From Eledone cirrhosa (taxonomy: Eukaryota), in the NCBI GenBank assembly GCA_964016885.1, contig OZ024740.1, positions 286,254,001 to 286,318,000 on the forward strand: a DNA stretch of 64,000 bases, written 5' to 3'. Positions 1 to 11,510 of the stretch are shown piece by piece; position 1 is the first letter of the stretch; each line of letters opens with the position of its first letter. The notes beneath the pieces are model-generated. The model was not told the DNA's origin. It worked only from the letters and a program-made list of their open reading frames with translations, and made no database searches. Position numbers and translations under genes: made by a program.

Positions 1-984
1 AGTTGTAACAAATAGGTACCAGATCACTTGGTGAATGGCAATCTATCCAGAGCAAGATTTATTTCTTGTAAAGTGCTTACAAAAGTCATTTGTAATGTAA
101 GAGACATTACTGCAGCTTACAGCAGTTGGTTGAATTTTCTGGTTGTATCTTTTGATATCTAGTTCAGTATTTTAGCCAGAGGCACAGTGCACTATTGATG
201 ACAAGACATGAACTACCAACCTTTTTCTGTTAATAACATAACATCTTATCAATATAGCTCTCAAATACATATCAAAAGAAACTGGAAACAACAAAGAACA
301 GGAGAAACATTTATTCAAACATTTATGAAGGATTTATGAAGTAATAATTGGAATAAGATAGATGGAGATGAGAGTGGGGAAATAATGTCTTGGTTAGAAA
401 AAGAGAAGCAAATAGTGGAAAAGTGAGTGTGTGGCATCCTTGCCTTTCTCAAGGGTGTCAGCAATTACAAGTTTTCTGGGTGTTTCAACTGGGAATCAAA
501 ACTTAACAACGATCTAGAAAATTTAAATATTAGGTTTTCTTTTCTTCAACTAGGCAAAAAAGCCTTATGGTTTTAGGCCAAGGAAAGAAGTGGGAAACTG
601 TGATGGTCATGCTCTAGGACAGTAGTGATAAAAGTAAAGTAAAATGGTTTTATCTAAGTATTGAAACCATGTCATGGTGTTGACTTGTTGGGAGCTTACC
701 ACTTGCTCTGTTATGTTTGCCACACGGAATTTATATACATTGGTTTATCTTTTGTTGACACACAAAAGCCTTTTATTTTAGGGAAGAAAGAAATGCACAT
801 TGTGGCATATATACCTTTCCCAGGAGTAACATAAGAGGAAAACATTCAATGTGCCAGAATTCTTGTAGAAAGACCAGTATTTATGCCTTTCAAGGGTATT
901 ATTGACATCAATAAAATAATTCAGAACCAGGTTACACAAACACATCCATAGTTTGTTGGGAGTTTATAACAATATTAATTACAA

Positions 985-1790
985 TAGACTGGCTACCCAA
1001 AGGAACTCCTGTATGCAGGTGATGTAACCCTCAGAGCTGAATCCATGGCAGAATTAGAAAATAAATTCCAAACCCGGAAGCATGGTCTAGAATCAAAAGG
1101 TCTTAAAGTTAACTTGACAAAGACTGAAGTCCTAGTATGTAGAAAGGAAAGCAGGACCCAAATTCCCTCAGAGAAATGGCCTTGCTCAGTGTGCATGTAA
1201 GGAGTAGGTAGAAATTCCATCCACTGTCCCAAATGCAAACCATGGGTACATAAAAGATACTAGCTCATTCATATGCGCAGAGGGCTCTGTAGAAATAGTT
1301 GACAGTTTCCATTACCTAGGTGACCATATTAGTAGTGGAGGAGGGGCGGAGAAAGTTATGAGAGCTACTAGCTACAAAAAATGTTTCCCTTAAAATGAAG
1401 GGCAGATTGTATGATGCATATATATGAACTGCAATGTTTCATAGTAGTGAGACCTGGGTACTGTATGCAGAGGACCTACAATGAGTGGAAATAAATGAAG
1501 CATGCATGCTCTGATGGATCTTCAATACATGAATGGCAAAGCGCAAATGAACCGAGAGAAAAACTGAGTATAAGAGGAATCAGATGCAGTGTGCAGGAGA
1601 GGAGATTGCATTGGTGTGGACATGTAATGCGTATGAAGGATGACAGCTGTATAAAAAGATGCAGAGTGCCCAAAGTTGATAGAAGCTATGAAGTGGACAA
1701 ACCTAGGAAGACTTGGGGTGAGGTGATAAAAGCTGACTTTGCAAAATTGCATCTCTCAAAGACAATGACACATGATTGGTGATCTCCCCA
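985..1790 (+). mobile_element. RTE-type LINE, decayed RT/C-terminal fragment
   Basis: Translates to ELLYAGDVTL, GLESKGLKVNLTKT, KWPCSVC and RRLHWCGHVMRM, with stops and frameshifts; same family as 22608-24312. Confidence 0.85.
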
Positions 1791-1805
1791 GTCTCAGCAC
1801 CATAG

Positions 1806-1846
<41 letters not shown>

Positions 1847-2889
1847 CACACACACACTTCATCATCATCATCATCGTGGTTTAATGTTTTCTTTTATATC
1901 TATCTGCATCTATATATATCATCATATATACACATACATATATATTTATCACTTTTCCATTACTGGAAGTTTAGGACCAGAGAAACTTTCATCAGATGGC
2001 ATATAACATAACGATGATGATGATCATCATCATTTAATTGCTATTTTTTCATACTTGCATGGGTTTATCTGTTAGGCTAGTCAGGTGACCATGTTTTCAT
2101 CATCTATTCCAGTTTGGTTTTCTATAACTGGATGGCTTTCCTAATCCCAAACACTTTACAGCATAAATATGGTAACAATTAAACAATGTCTCTACTGAAG
2201 TAATAGAAAATAAATAACTGTAAATGCTGAAAATAATGAGTCTGTAATGAGTTTTTGCTTCTTACTAAAATACTTTATGCCTCTAAGAAAGATATAAATG
2301 TCAATTTCCCATAAATCATTATTCTTTCTTCCTTATTTAAATAGGAAAGAAACAACTATATTTTAAGTTTCCTGCCAGAAATATAAACAACAAGTTAGTT
2401 CTCAGATGGTGTGAACTATTTGGAATACTTATTTAATGAGGTACCATCTGATGATTACATTTTTGGCATAAAAATACAAATAATGAAAGAAGTTTATTTT
2501 AACTATTATATTGTAATGCATTTGCTCTACAATACATATTGACTACTCTTTACTAGTTTGTCTCTAATTCTACTTGCCAATATAGTATATATATATATAC
2601 ACACTATAAAAAAATGACAATGGCATGTGTGTGTACGTGTAAATATACACACATATACATGATGACTATACACATAGGCATAAATATTTGGATGTGGGTG
2701 TTCTAATCTATTCTGAAAGGGTGGTTCTAAATCACTGAACCATGTTGTTCTGCACATTAACTGGTACAGTAAAACAGGTCTCAGCTCGTACACCTTCCTT
2801 TCAGCGAGACTCTCAAATGTACCATGTAACTGAATCATGTTCATTCTCACTAATGCCGAACAGGCAACAAAACATTAGGCGATCCTACA

Positions 2890-3112
2890 TAATGGTTTCT
2901 GATTTAGGCACAAGGCTAACAATTTTAGAGGAGGGAAAAGTTGATTAAATCAACTCCAGTGCGTTAACTGATACTTTATTTTATCAACCCTGTAGGAATG
3001 AAAAGCAAAGCTAACCTCCACACGATTTGTATTCAGAACATAAATGGACATAATTATATGTCACAAAGCACGTTGTCTGACATTCTACTGATATTGCCAA
3101 TCCTCTGCCCTA
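2890..3112 (-). mobile_element. tRNA-derived SINE family A, diverged copy
   Basis: Reverse complement matches the copy at 44905-45098 (core resembling gcctttcatcc..ggggtcgataaaataaagtacc, tail agaaac). Confidence 0.75.
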
Positions 3113-3221
3113 GTGGATACTATATAACAATTCAACCTTTTTTGTACTGAATCAAGTCACTGATTATATATAATTTTTGCCAAGAAGCAGTTTAGATCAG
3201 TGGATGCCAACTTGCAGCCTT

Positions 3222-3452
3222 TTAATCCTTTAGCATTTACATTACTCTATATTTACTATTGTATTTTCATGGTAAAGGCTTTTTACTTCACATAATTATC
3301 TCACATAATATCGAATCTATGAGATTTTGATATTATTCATTTTGAGAACAATACCTTAACATAAGTATGAGTGGCTGGTTACAGCCAGTTTGAACAGAAA
3401 GAAGTGGGAGAATTCTGGCTGAATATGGCTGGTTTACATGCTAAAGAGTTAA
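3222..3452. mobile_element. piggyBac-like MITE
   Basis: TTAA-tcctttagcat...atgctaaagag-TTAA terminal inverted repeats; same family as 24393-24831. Confidence 0.7.
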
Positions 3453-3829
3453 AGAAAGAAATATGGGCCTTATGTAAAGTTTTCAAAATTGAAATTAGTG
3501 AAATCCTGGCTTACTGATGAACATTTCAATTATTAAAAGTTAACATTACTAAGTCTTTGAGAAAACTCAGTCTCAAAGAACTTCATTAAAATTTCTATCA
3601 TATTTTTTTTTCAAAATGAAACTTATTATATCTATTCTAGTCTTTAAAATGTTTCATCAAACTAAAATCCTATATTTCCATTGGTAACAAAACATGCACT
3701 ATTTACATCTTTTGGTAACTACAAAATGAGTTCTGCCTTCAAAATGAGTTCTGCCCTTTCATGTTATGAGGTGTAGATCATATGGTGGTCTACCTCCCTA
3801 ATCCCTAAGTACCTCCCCCACCCAAGTCC

Positions 3830-4117
3830 CTGCCCACTCTGTAAAGTAGTAGTTTTGGTGTTACAACTAAAATCGCCCAATTCACACTGTAAAGTGGTCA
3901 AGTAGGTGTCACTACCAAAAGCACCCAGTACATACTGTAATGTGGTTGGCATTAGGAAGACCATCCAACAATAGAAACCAAGCCCAAATCAGTTCTGTAT
4001 GAGCAAAACATGGTCATCTGACCTGGCTTGTTTCACAACAGGACACCTTGTCTAACCAATGCTAGCATGAAAAAATAGACGTTAAACGGTAATTATGATG
4101 ATGATGATGATGATGAT
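3830..4117 (+). repeat. RTE 3' tail-derived repeat ending in (GAT)n
   Basis: cacactgtaaagtgg units, ggttggcattaggaag and an (atg)n tail; matches the 3' end of the RTE copies. Confidence 0.7.
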
Positions 4118-4166
4118 AGGACCTATATTGAAGGAAGTTTTTGCACATGCTGGTGAATTGCTTAAG

Positions 4167-4330
4167 TACAAGGGTCAGCTGAAAAGTCCATAGGCTATGA
4201 AAGAGTGATGCTACCACTGTGATAACTGCATTGTTTCTTTCTAGCGACTATGTTGAAAAATAAACTTCATTTGGTCATTCCATGAGAGTATCTTGGTCAG
4301 CCTATGAACTTTTCAGCTTATGAACGTTTC
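4167..4330. mobile_element. Tc1/mariner-type MITE, diverged
   Basis: gctgaaaagtccataggct...agcctatgaacttttcagc inverted ends; same family as 14842-15043. Confidence 0.65.
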
Positions 4331-4524
4331 ATCTGAACTAAGTAATTCCATAGAATAAATTTCACTGCCATATTCTAAGCAGATTTTAATATGCCAGGTG
4401 AAGTTAGTGAATACTAGTATTAATAGAATAACAGACAAAACAGCATGTTGCTATTTAGTCTGATTTTGAATAAATTTTATAAAAATAAGCAGCTGACTGT
4501 AATGAATATGGCATCTATTGAAAA

Positions 4525-4790
4525 AATGAGAGATAGTTCACTGATGTGGACTTTGCTAATGATATTGCATTGTTGGCAGAATCTAGAGATAGTGTACAAG
4601 AGCTGAGTCATCATCTGAGTAAAATGTTTAAAAAAATTTGATTAAGAATTATAGCGAGTCAAATGGTTGTGTTGTGGTGTTGATTCTGTTGCTGTGTGTA
4701 GTCACGGAGTGGTCACTGTTGTGACAAGAGAAGTTTGAGGTACCTGATACAGTGTGCAAGTAAGTCGGTAACAGTATTCATTATGATGAC
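4525..4790 (+). mobile_element. LINE reverse transcriptase fragment, decayed
   Basis: FTDVDFANDIALLAES (FADD-type motif), followed by GLRI- and FxYL-like remnants. Confidence 0.65.
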
Positions 4791-4857
4791 GATAGTAGGA
4801 TGGTTCCTTGATCATGTAGGAAATGAAATATATAAAAAAACGACGATAACAAAAAGC

Positions 4858-5304
4858 TGTTATGTTACTAATTTATTAAATATAACTTTCGCCGAAGTTA
4901 TATGACAATATATGAAGAACAAATTAACACAGATTAATTATGTGTTTGGATGATGTGTTTATGTGTTTGTTTGCAAAGGTATAATTAAAATATATTTACA
5001 AAACTTCTGTGAATGTAATGAATTTTTCTGGCTTGGCCGAGAGAGACAGTAAGAGTAAAGAGAGATCCAGAGGGTCTGTCTAAAGCAATGGACTGCATGT
5101 TCAGTCTTAGAATTAAATGCTCCAACTGACTTGGCTGTACTGAGAGCCAGCTATTTTATGAATATCATTTCCTTTGTCTCTGAGACCTGAGAAGAAGCAG
5201 ATGGCTCTCAGACATATTGGTGACTTGAAAAGCCACTCAGAATGTGAACTTATCTATGAGGTGACAGAGGTCAACTTCTTGGTGGTTGATTTGATAGTGT
5301 AACA
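4858..5304 (-). mobile_element. Probable solo LTR (~447 bp)
   Basis: TGTTA...TAACA ends and a minus-strand AATAAA near 4872; no TSD found. Confidence 0.35.
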
Positions 5305-5319
5305 TAATGCAAAAGGAAC

Positions 5320-5872
5320 TTTAGCAGTGTAGCAGTATGAAGTCGATAGTTGACAGTGTGGTAAAATGATTGTATCCTCATTGGATTGTCTTGTCGACAT
5401 AGACGTGAGAGAAGGTCCCTCGATCTATTTACCATCTTTGTATTTACAATATTCCTTTCGTCAGGTCGCCAATTCCAGCAGCATGGATTATAGATGTTAT
5501 TGAGACACGAGTAACATAATAATGATTTCAACAGCAGAAATTAGAGATGAAATGTATGTTTATTTTTGATGTAGCACAAACAATGTTTGTTAACTTATAT
5601 GGTTGAAGTTACATATAAAATGTGGTTACAAAAGGGAATGTGCCATTGCGGCGGAAAGCCGGCGAGGCTAGGGTGCAAAATCTCACCGTTACATTATGCA
5701 TGTTGTTGGTTCGAAGTTCCTGGTACAAGAGAGAGATTCTTCAAATCTTCGCGGGGAATTTCTTCCTCAGGGCGCGTAGGGATACATCCTCTTCTACTGG
5801 CGCTGATTGGCTGAACTGAGCCAAATCACGCACAGAGAATGTATGTGAGCCCGCGGAATGTAGGTCACTACC
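5320..5872 (-). repeat. 3' LTR (~553 bp)
   Basis: Near-identical to 7556-8108. Confidence 0.9.
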
Positions 5873-5982
5873 ATACCTCCGAGCAGATTTTTAGGCGAAA
5901 ATCGTAAACGAAGAAGCTAAGGACCCACAAGGAAGTCGATACAGATTATTGAATCAGCAAGAACAAATGCTGAAAGAGCACA

Positions 5983-6204
5983 TCAGTTTAAAAAAATAAT
6001 TGGGCAGAAGGCTGCATGCAAGAAAAAAAATGAGGCGCTACGGGCCGTGTTGAGCCGCTGTGTCAAATGACCAGTTGTTTTGTTGTTTACACGTGACCAC
6101 CAAAGGTCTAACAAAAACGGATAAAGTCTGACATGGGCAAAGTCGCTGTTCTTGCATTTAAAGTTAATGGTAAGTTCTGTACCAGTAGCTGTGGACGAAG
6201 CCAT
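5983..6204 (-). CDS. Hypothetical small protein in LTR element (ORF-C)
   Basis: accataATGG start overlaps the TAA of an upstream frame; 73 aa. No family recognised. Confidence 0.3.
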   Translation of the reverse strand: MASSTATGTELTINFKCKNSDFAHVRLYPFLLDLWWSRVNNKTTGHLTQRLNTARSASFFFLHAAFCPIIFLN

Positions 6205-6889
6205 TATGGTAGTTTACCAGTGCTGGCAAGAAGATGATGGGTAGGCGAGAAAATGTTGGCCTCCCAGATGTATTGCTGAATGTGCTAAGGAGCCAGGAAA
6301 AAATGGCTGGTTGCTTTGAAAAGAAAAAAAGCAAGTTTAATCTGTAGGTGGGTTGCAGTGTAAATTCCATAATTCGGGCGAATCCACAGAAGTGGCCGAA
6401 ATGCTGACAAGTCCAGTTCTATTTGCTGCTTTCCCAGCGAGTCGGGCAAAAACAGCAAGACGAAGGCCGTCATGGACGATCAGTGTGCACCGAGATACAA
6501 AACTGTTTGAGCTCAGCTGCAATTAGTATTCTCGTGTTGCGGTGCCTGTTTGAATCCAGTGGATTAAGCTCAATGAGCTGCTAGCATGTGACAGCACCTC
6601 AACCAGGTGAAAAGGGACTCGCAGAATATTACGTTTGAAGAACATATACCAAGAACAACATGTTGGTGTGTGACAAAAAAAATGTGTGCATATGCAGGCA
6701 TGTAAAACAGCAAAGTATGTGAATGAACAAAAACCATGAGCAAGCAAATAGCAAAAGAGCACAAAACAAGCAAATGCATTCTACAAAGAAATATGTGAAT
6801 GTAACAAACTGATAATTCAAAGTCGATCTAAGGGAGCAGAGAAATTGCTCAATAAGTTCAAAGTTTTTCAAAGTCAAATAGTTCACACA

Positions 6890-7135
6890 TCACCAGTGTA
6901 CAGACTTTCTGACACTAGCTCTATCTGAAAACTGAAAAAGAAGTTTGTTAATGCCGTTAGGGGTTAGATGTATGGTGTTTTTGAGAGTTTTCGTGGCCAT
7001 TTTACCGTCCTGCCACCTTGTGTGACATAAGGTTGTGTTGCTTGTTGTTAAAGCAAAGTCAATGAATCTTCCGTAGAGTAGCAGTCGAGCGCTGAAGAAC
7101 CCAGAGTCCAATATGGCAGCCACGTCTGACGCCAT
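6890..7135 (-). CDS. Hypothetical small protein in LTR element (ORF-A)
   Basis: ATG in good context (accattATGG), 81 aa; the frame reopens after the TGA and runs to 6629. No family recognised. Confidence 0.35.
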   Translation of the reverse strand: MASDVAAILDSGFFSARLLLYGRFIDFALTTSNTTLCHTRWQDGKMATKTLKNTIHLTPNGINKLLFQFSDRASVRKSVHW

Positions 7136-7541
7136 AATGGTGAGAAAACTACCGTCTCAATTTCTCGAGTCCCTGTGGTAACGAGACAGAAGGTATGGTG
7201 GTTACGTCGGTAAAGTTACAAGCCGTTTTGAAATTTCCGATGTGTGGTGGTTTACGTTGGTAAGGCTATGAAGCTGCCATCTCACTATTCCCTGTCGTTG
7301 GCCAGTGGCCAAACAATGCTGTCGCTGCTGCTGCTGCTGCTGCTGTCGTTGTTGTTGTCGAGTGTAGCCAGGACTTGTCGGTAGCCATCTTGAAATTTCC
7401 TCGTGGCGAAAAGTTTTTGAAATACTGCTAATTTTTCAAAAAATTTTGAAAGGAACATATTGTATTTTCGCAAGTTGCAAAAAGGCCGGCAACGTGGCAA
7501 TAAAAGTTCAACTGTATAAAAAAGGGCTGCGTTAAATTCTT

Positions 7542-7554
7542 ACGTTGGTCACCA
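7542..7554 (-). promoter_or_regulatory. Primer-binding site (tRNA-Trp-type resemblance)
   Basis: TGGTGACCAACGT on the minus strand, 1 nt inside the 5' LTR; resembles the TGGTGACCCCGACG PBS of Gypsy elements. Confidence 0.6.
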
Positions 7555-7555
7555 C

Positions 7556-8108
7556 TTTAGCAGTGTAGCAGTATGAAGTCGATAGTTGACAGTGTGGTAA
7601 AATGATTGTATCCTCGTTGGATTGTCTTGTCGACATAGACGTGAGGGAAGGTCCCTCGATCTATTTACCATCTTTGTATTTACAATATTCCTTTCGTCAG
7701 GTCGCCAATTCCAGCAGCATGGATTATAGATGTTATTGAGACACGAGTAACATAATAATGATTTCAACAGCAGAAATTAGAGATGAAATGTATGTTTATT
7801 TTTGATGTAGCACAAACAATGTTTGTAAACTTATATGGTTGAAGTTACATATAAAATGAGGTTACAAAAGGGAATGTGCCATTGTGCCGGAAAGCCGGCA
7901 AGTCTAGGGTGCAAAATCTCACCGTTACATTATGCGTGCTGTTGGTTCGAAGTTCCTGGTACAAGAGAGAGATTCTTCAAATCTTCGCAGGGAATTTCTT
8001 CCTCAGGGCGCGTAGGGATACATCCTCTTCTACTGGCGCTGATTGGCTGAACTGAGCCAAATCACGCACAGAGAATGTATGTGAGCCTGCGGAATGTAGG
8101 TCACTACA
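7556..8108 (-). repeat. 5' LTR (553 bp)
   Basis: Minus strand starts TGTAGTG and contains CCAAT and AATAAA; near-identical to 5320-5872. Confidence 0.9.
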
Positions 8109-8750
8109 GAACTCTATCAAAAAGAGTATCAAATTACTGCTACAGAATGACCACAGAGAAGATGAAGACTATGGAGATTGGGCAAACAACAGAGGACACC
8201 ACCTTGATGGTTGAAGAGGTGAGCCAATTTGCATACTTTTGCAGAGTTTTGTGCAATGATGGAGATGCTGAAACTGATGTTAAAGACAGAATCAGAAAGG
8301 TAGCTGCAGTATTTTAGTAAATCTACAAAATCTGCTCCATGAACACAGGTCACCAACACCAAAATCTGTCAGTACAATACCACTGTACTACCAAAGGCAT
8401 TATATATAAGTAAAATGTGGAATGTAACTGTGAAAATCACCAAAGAGTCAGATATCTTTCACCAAAAGTCCCTAAGAATTTCATACCAAGAACAACAGAA
8501 ATGAAGAAATCTTAAGAGCAATGTCCCCAATGACACAAGTAATGTTGTACAACCAAATTATTGGTGTGCAAAAAATAGTATTGAGACATACACCACCAGG
8601 TGGATATCACCTGTAGAAGATGAAGAAGCCCACAGGCTTAAATAGAATGAAATCTTTCATGGAGTTCTGAATGCTGCAAAAACCATGCAATTGATGAAAA
8701 CACTAGAAGAAAACTGTTGCCTGATGTGCAAATGTGTGAGGTGAACTAAC
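8109..8750 (+). mobile_element. LINE (RTE-like) C-terminal fragment, target of the LTR insertion
   Basis: EKMKTM...VEEVSQFAYF...DVKDRIRKVAAVF, then decayed sequence. Confidence 0.7.
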
Positions 8751-9359
8751 AAACAAACATCCTTTATATATCCATATTGCTCTGGTGTATTTAAAATTTT
8801 TTTACCTTCTTTGTTGTAGTTAAAGATTTCTACATTATCAATTGAATTTCCAATGATGTGTGTGAGTGTGTATGTGTGTTATACAAAGTATCATGGATAA
8901 AAACTAGCAGAGTGAGTATATCAGTGACAGTGGCAATACCAATGATAGCTATCGGAAAAATCTATTAATACTAAAAACAGTGTTTATTTTGTTTTTACTA
9001 TGTGATGTATGACATGTCACTGTAATATTTTGTTGAATTTACTTGCACTACTTGTATATATGTATATATATCATCATGATCACTTAACATCCATTTTATC
9101 ATGCTAACAAGGATTGGACAGGTTAACAGAGACCAAATCAATACTTAATCAGAGTTACTGGCCTCACTTAAATATGTTCCAGTTTAGGCATAGTTTCTAC
9201 AGCTGGATGACCTTATCACCGACTACTTTACAGAATGCATTAGGTGCATTTTATCATGCACTGGTCCTTGGTAGGTTCTCATTTCCTTGATACATTTGAA
9301 GAGTTTTCTCAACCTTTTGTAAGAAAGTTTTCTACGGCTAGTTGTACATTAGTTGCATA

Positions 9360-9570
9360 ATAATTGTTTCTACTTTAGGTACAAACCAGCAATTTGAAGG
9401 GGAAGGGAAATTCGATTAAATCAACCCCAGTGTTATATTTTATTGACCCCGTAGGGATGAAAGGCAAAGCAAACCTCAGCAGGATTTGAACTCAGACCAT
9501 AAAGGGATGTAACTCTGTGCTGCAAAGCATGGTGTCTGATGTTCTACTGATACTGCAAATTCACCGCTCT
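9360..9570 (-). mobile_element. SINE family A
   Basis: Matches 44905-45098 in reverse complement. Confidence 0.75.
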
Positions 9571-10049
9571 AATAATGATATACTGTTGGGTATCAGTTAG
9601 TTTTATATCCAGTGTAAGTAGTTTTATTGGAAATAATATATCTCTCTAATATATCTCTACAGTAATCATAAAACTTTAATGCTGACAATTAGTTTATTGG
9701 TAAGGGTCATATTGTTATAATATTGCCAGAAATATATAAGAAAAAACACTGTTCGGTTTGGGTTGGTTTTTGCTTCCATATATTTTATATCCCAATAGTT
9801 AATTTAGCTGGCAATCAATGTTTATCATTGACTGACCAATAGTTAAAAATATATATATAAATATACTCAATATATAAACAGAGAAAGCCTTAAGCGATAC
9901 TCCGTCCAACTCCATCTCACTCAACAAACATTAGGATATACCTAAGTATTATCCCAATTTAGTGTTTGGGGTGCTAACTAATCAGTATTTTGTGGATAGC
10001 TGGTTGTATTATTTTATATGAGACATTATTAAATAAATATCTCTTTCCT

Positions 10050-10173
10050 TCCAGACGGCCGTTTTGTTATAAGATTTCTACAATTTGGGATAAATAATTT
10101 CCAGGTTATGTAGAAACTTGTATATAATCCATAGTTTTATACACAAGCGGGCTCTTATAAACTCATCAGTGGA
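10050..10173 (-). ncRNA. Minimal type-I hammerhead ribozyme motif, core-mutated, in Penelope-type repeat
   Basis: Minus strand: UCCA-CUGAUGA-GUUUAUAAGA...UCUUAUAAC-AAAA (for GAAA)-CGGCCG-UC-UGGA. Confidence 0.6.
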
Positions 10174-10489
10174 TGCCCAAATAATATTGATATAAGAATT
10201 ATATCGACATTAATAGAATGGTGATGGTCTCCCTCAGCGCTAAGAAGAGACTGGTAGATTAGAAAATCCAGCAGTCCTCTCAAAGATAAAATACACGCTG
10301 ATATAAATATATATATATTTTATTGGTAAATTGCAAGGAAAAATGAGATGTGTGTTGTGTATACACACACACACACATACACACATTTCACTTTTATATA
10401 TTACCCATTTCAGTTCTACTGAATGAGGTTTAACCTGAGATATTCTTTGTATTGAAAGTTTTCTGTATGTTTTCCTTCTTCTTTGCTCA

Positions 10490-11510
10490 CTTATTCCTGA
10501 GAGGGTCATGGTGGCAAAGTCCTTAAACACTTCTTCCAGCAGATCCTGTCAGAAGCAACCGTCTCCAGCTGGATTCTCAAGCGAAACAAGCCAAGCTCAT
10601 GGGTGTTATCTAACCATCTTGCTCGGAGTCTACCCTTGAGTCTCCTGCTGGTTGGTTTTGCCTGTAAAATCTGTCTAGCAATTCTTTCCTTAGACACTCT
10701 AACTATATGTCTGTAATATCAGAGCTGTGATCTCTCAATTCGGAGAAGTAGTAGCTCTACCTGGAGTGACTCACTAATCTCTGAGCTAAGCACTTTATTG
10801 AGTAACCATACTCCAAAGATTCAGTCGCTTGTATTTGTGATCATATTCTTTCGGTCTTTACCCAAATTTGTGACCATAGGTATGGCTTGGCATGAATACT
10901 GAATTGAAGATAGCCATTTTGGCTTTTACACCTACCTCCCTTTTTCTGATTACCGAATGTAACTACTGCACCAGCTCCAGCAATTCTTGTACTTCATTCA
11001 GCCTCCTGCCTTTCATCATTCATGAACATGGCCCTGAGATACTTGAACTCCATTGCTTCAGTGGAACTACATTCACATGTTCAGTGGACTGTCTAGGCTT
11101 CCTTGAGAGGACAAGTGTCTGTCTTTACAGCACTGATTTTCATTCCAGCCATGCAGCACTCAGCAGCAAACCTATCTAGTGCATGTTGAAGATCACCTTC
11201 TGATGAGTTAAGTAATTCCATGTCGTCTGCAAATTCTAATTGACTGATCTTACACCTGCCAGTCGTGATACCACTTCCAGCCCAACTGCACATGTCAATC
11301 CTGTTCATGAAAATAATTAAGAGGAGAGGTGACAGTATGCAACCTTGACATCCAATTCCCACACTGAATGCCTTCAATTTAGTACCATTTATCTGAACAC
11401 AATATACTTGGGCATCCATATAGAAACATCAGGATAATAAGAAGTTGACCATCGATCCCATACTCTGTAGCACCTTCCACAGCAGGTCCTGTGGAATGCG
11501 GAAATATGTA
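10490..11510 (-). mobile_element. RTE-clade LINE RT fragment (second family)
   Basis: QGCILSPLLL, LEFADDMELL, GMKISAVKT and RIARQILQAKP...GRLRARWLD. Confidence 0.85.

Larger units (their letters stand above)
5320..8108 (-). mobile_element. Non-autonomous LTR retrotransposon (Gypsy-like ends) with no gag/pol
   Basis: Direct repeats at 5320-5872 and 7556-8108 differ at about a dozen sites; GAAC TSD at 5316-5319 and 8109-8112; PBS next to the right LTR. Confidence 0.85.

Noticed and set aside
5395-5470. CUGACGA in the LTR (minus strand), suggesting a retrozyme
   Set aside because: No GAAA or stem III follows, so it is not a hammerhead.
4525-8750. A single LINE interrupted by a 3.4-kb insertion
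   Set aside because: The left and right LINE fragments cover overlapping protein regions; the TSD delimits only 5320-8108.
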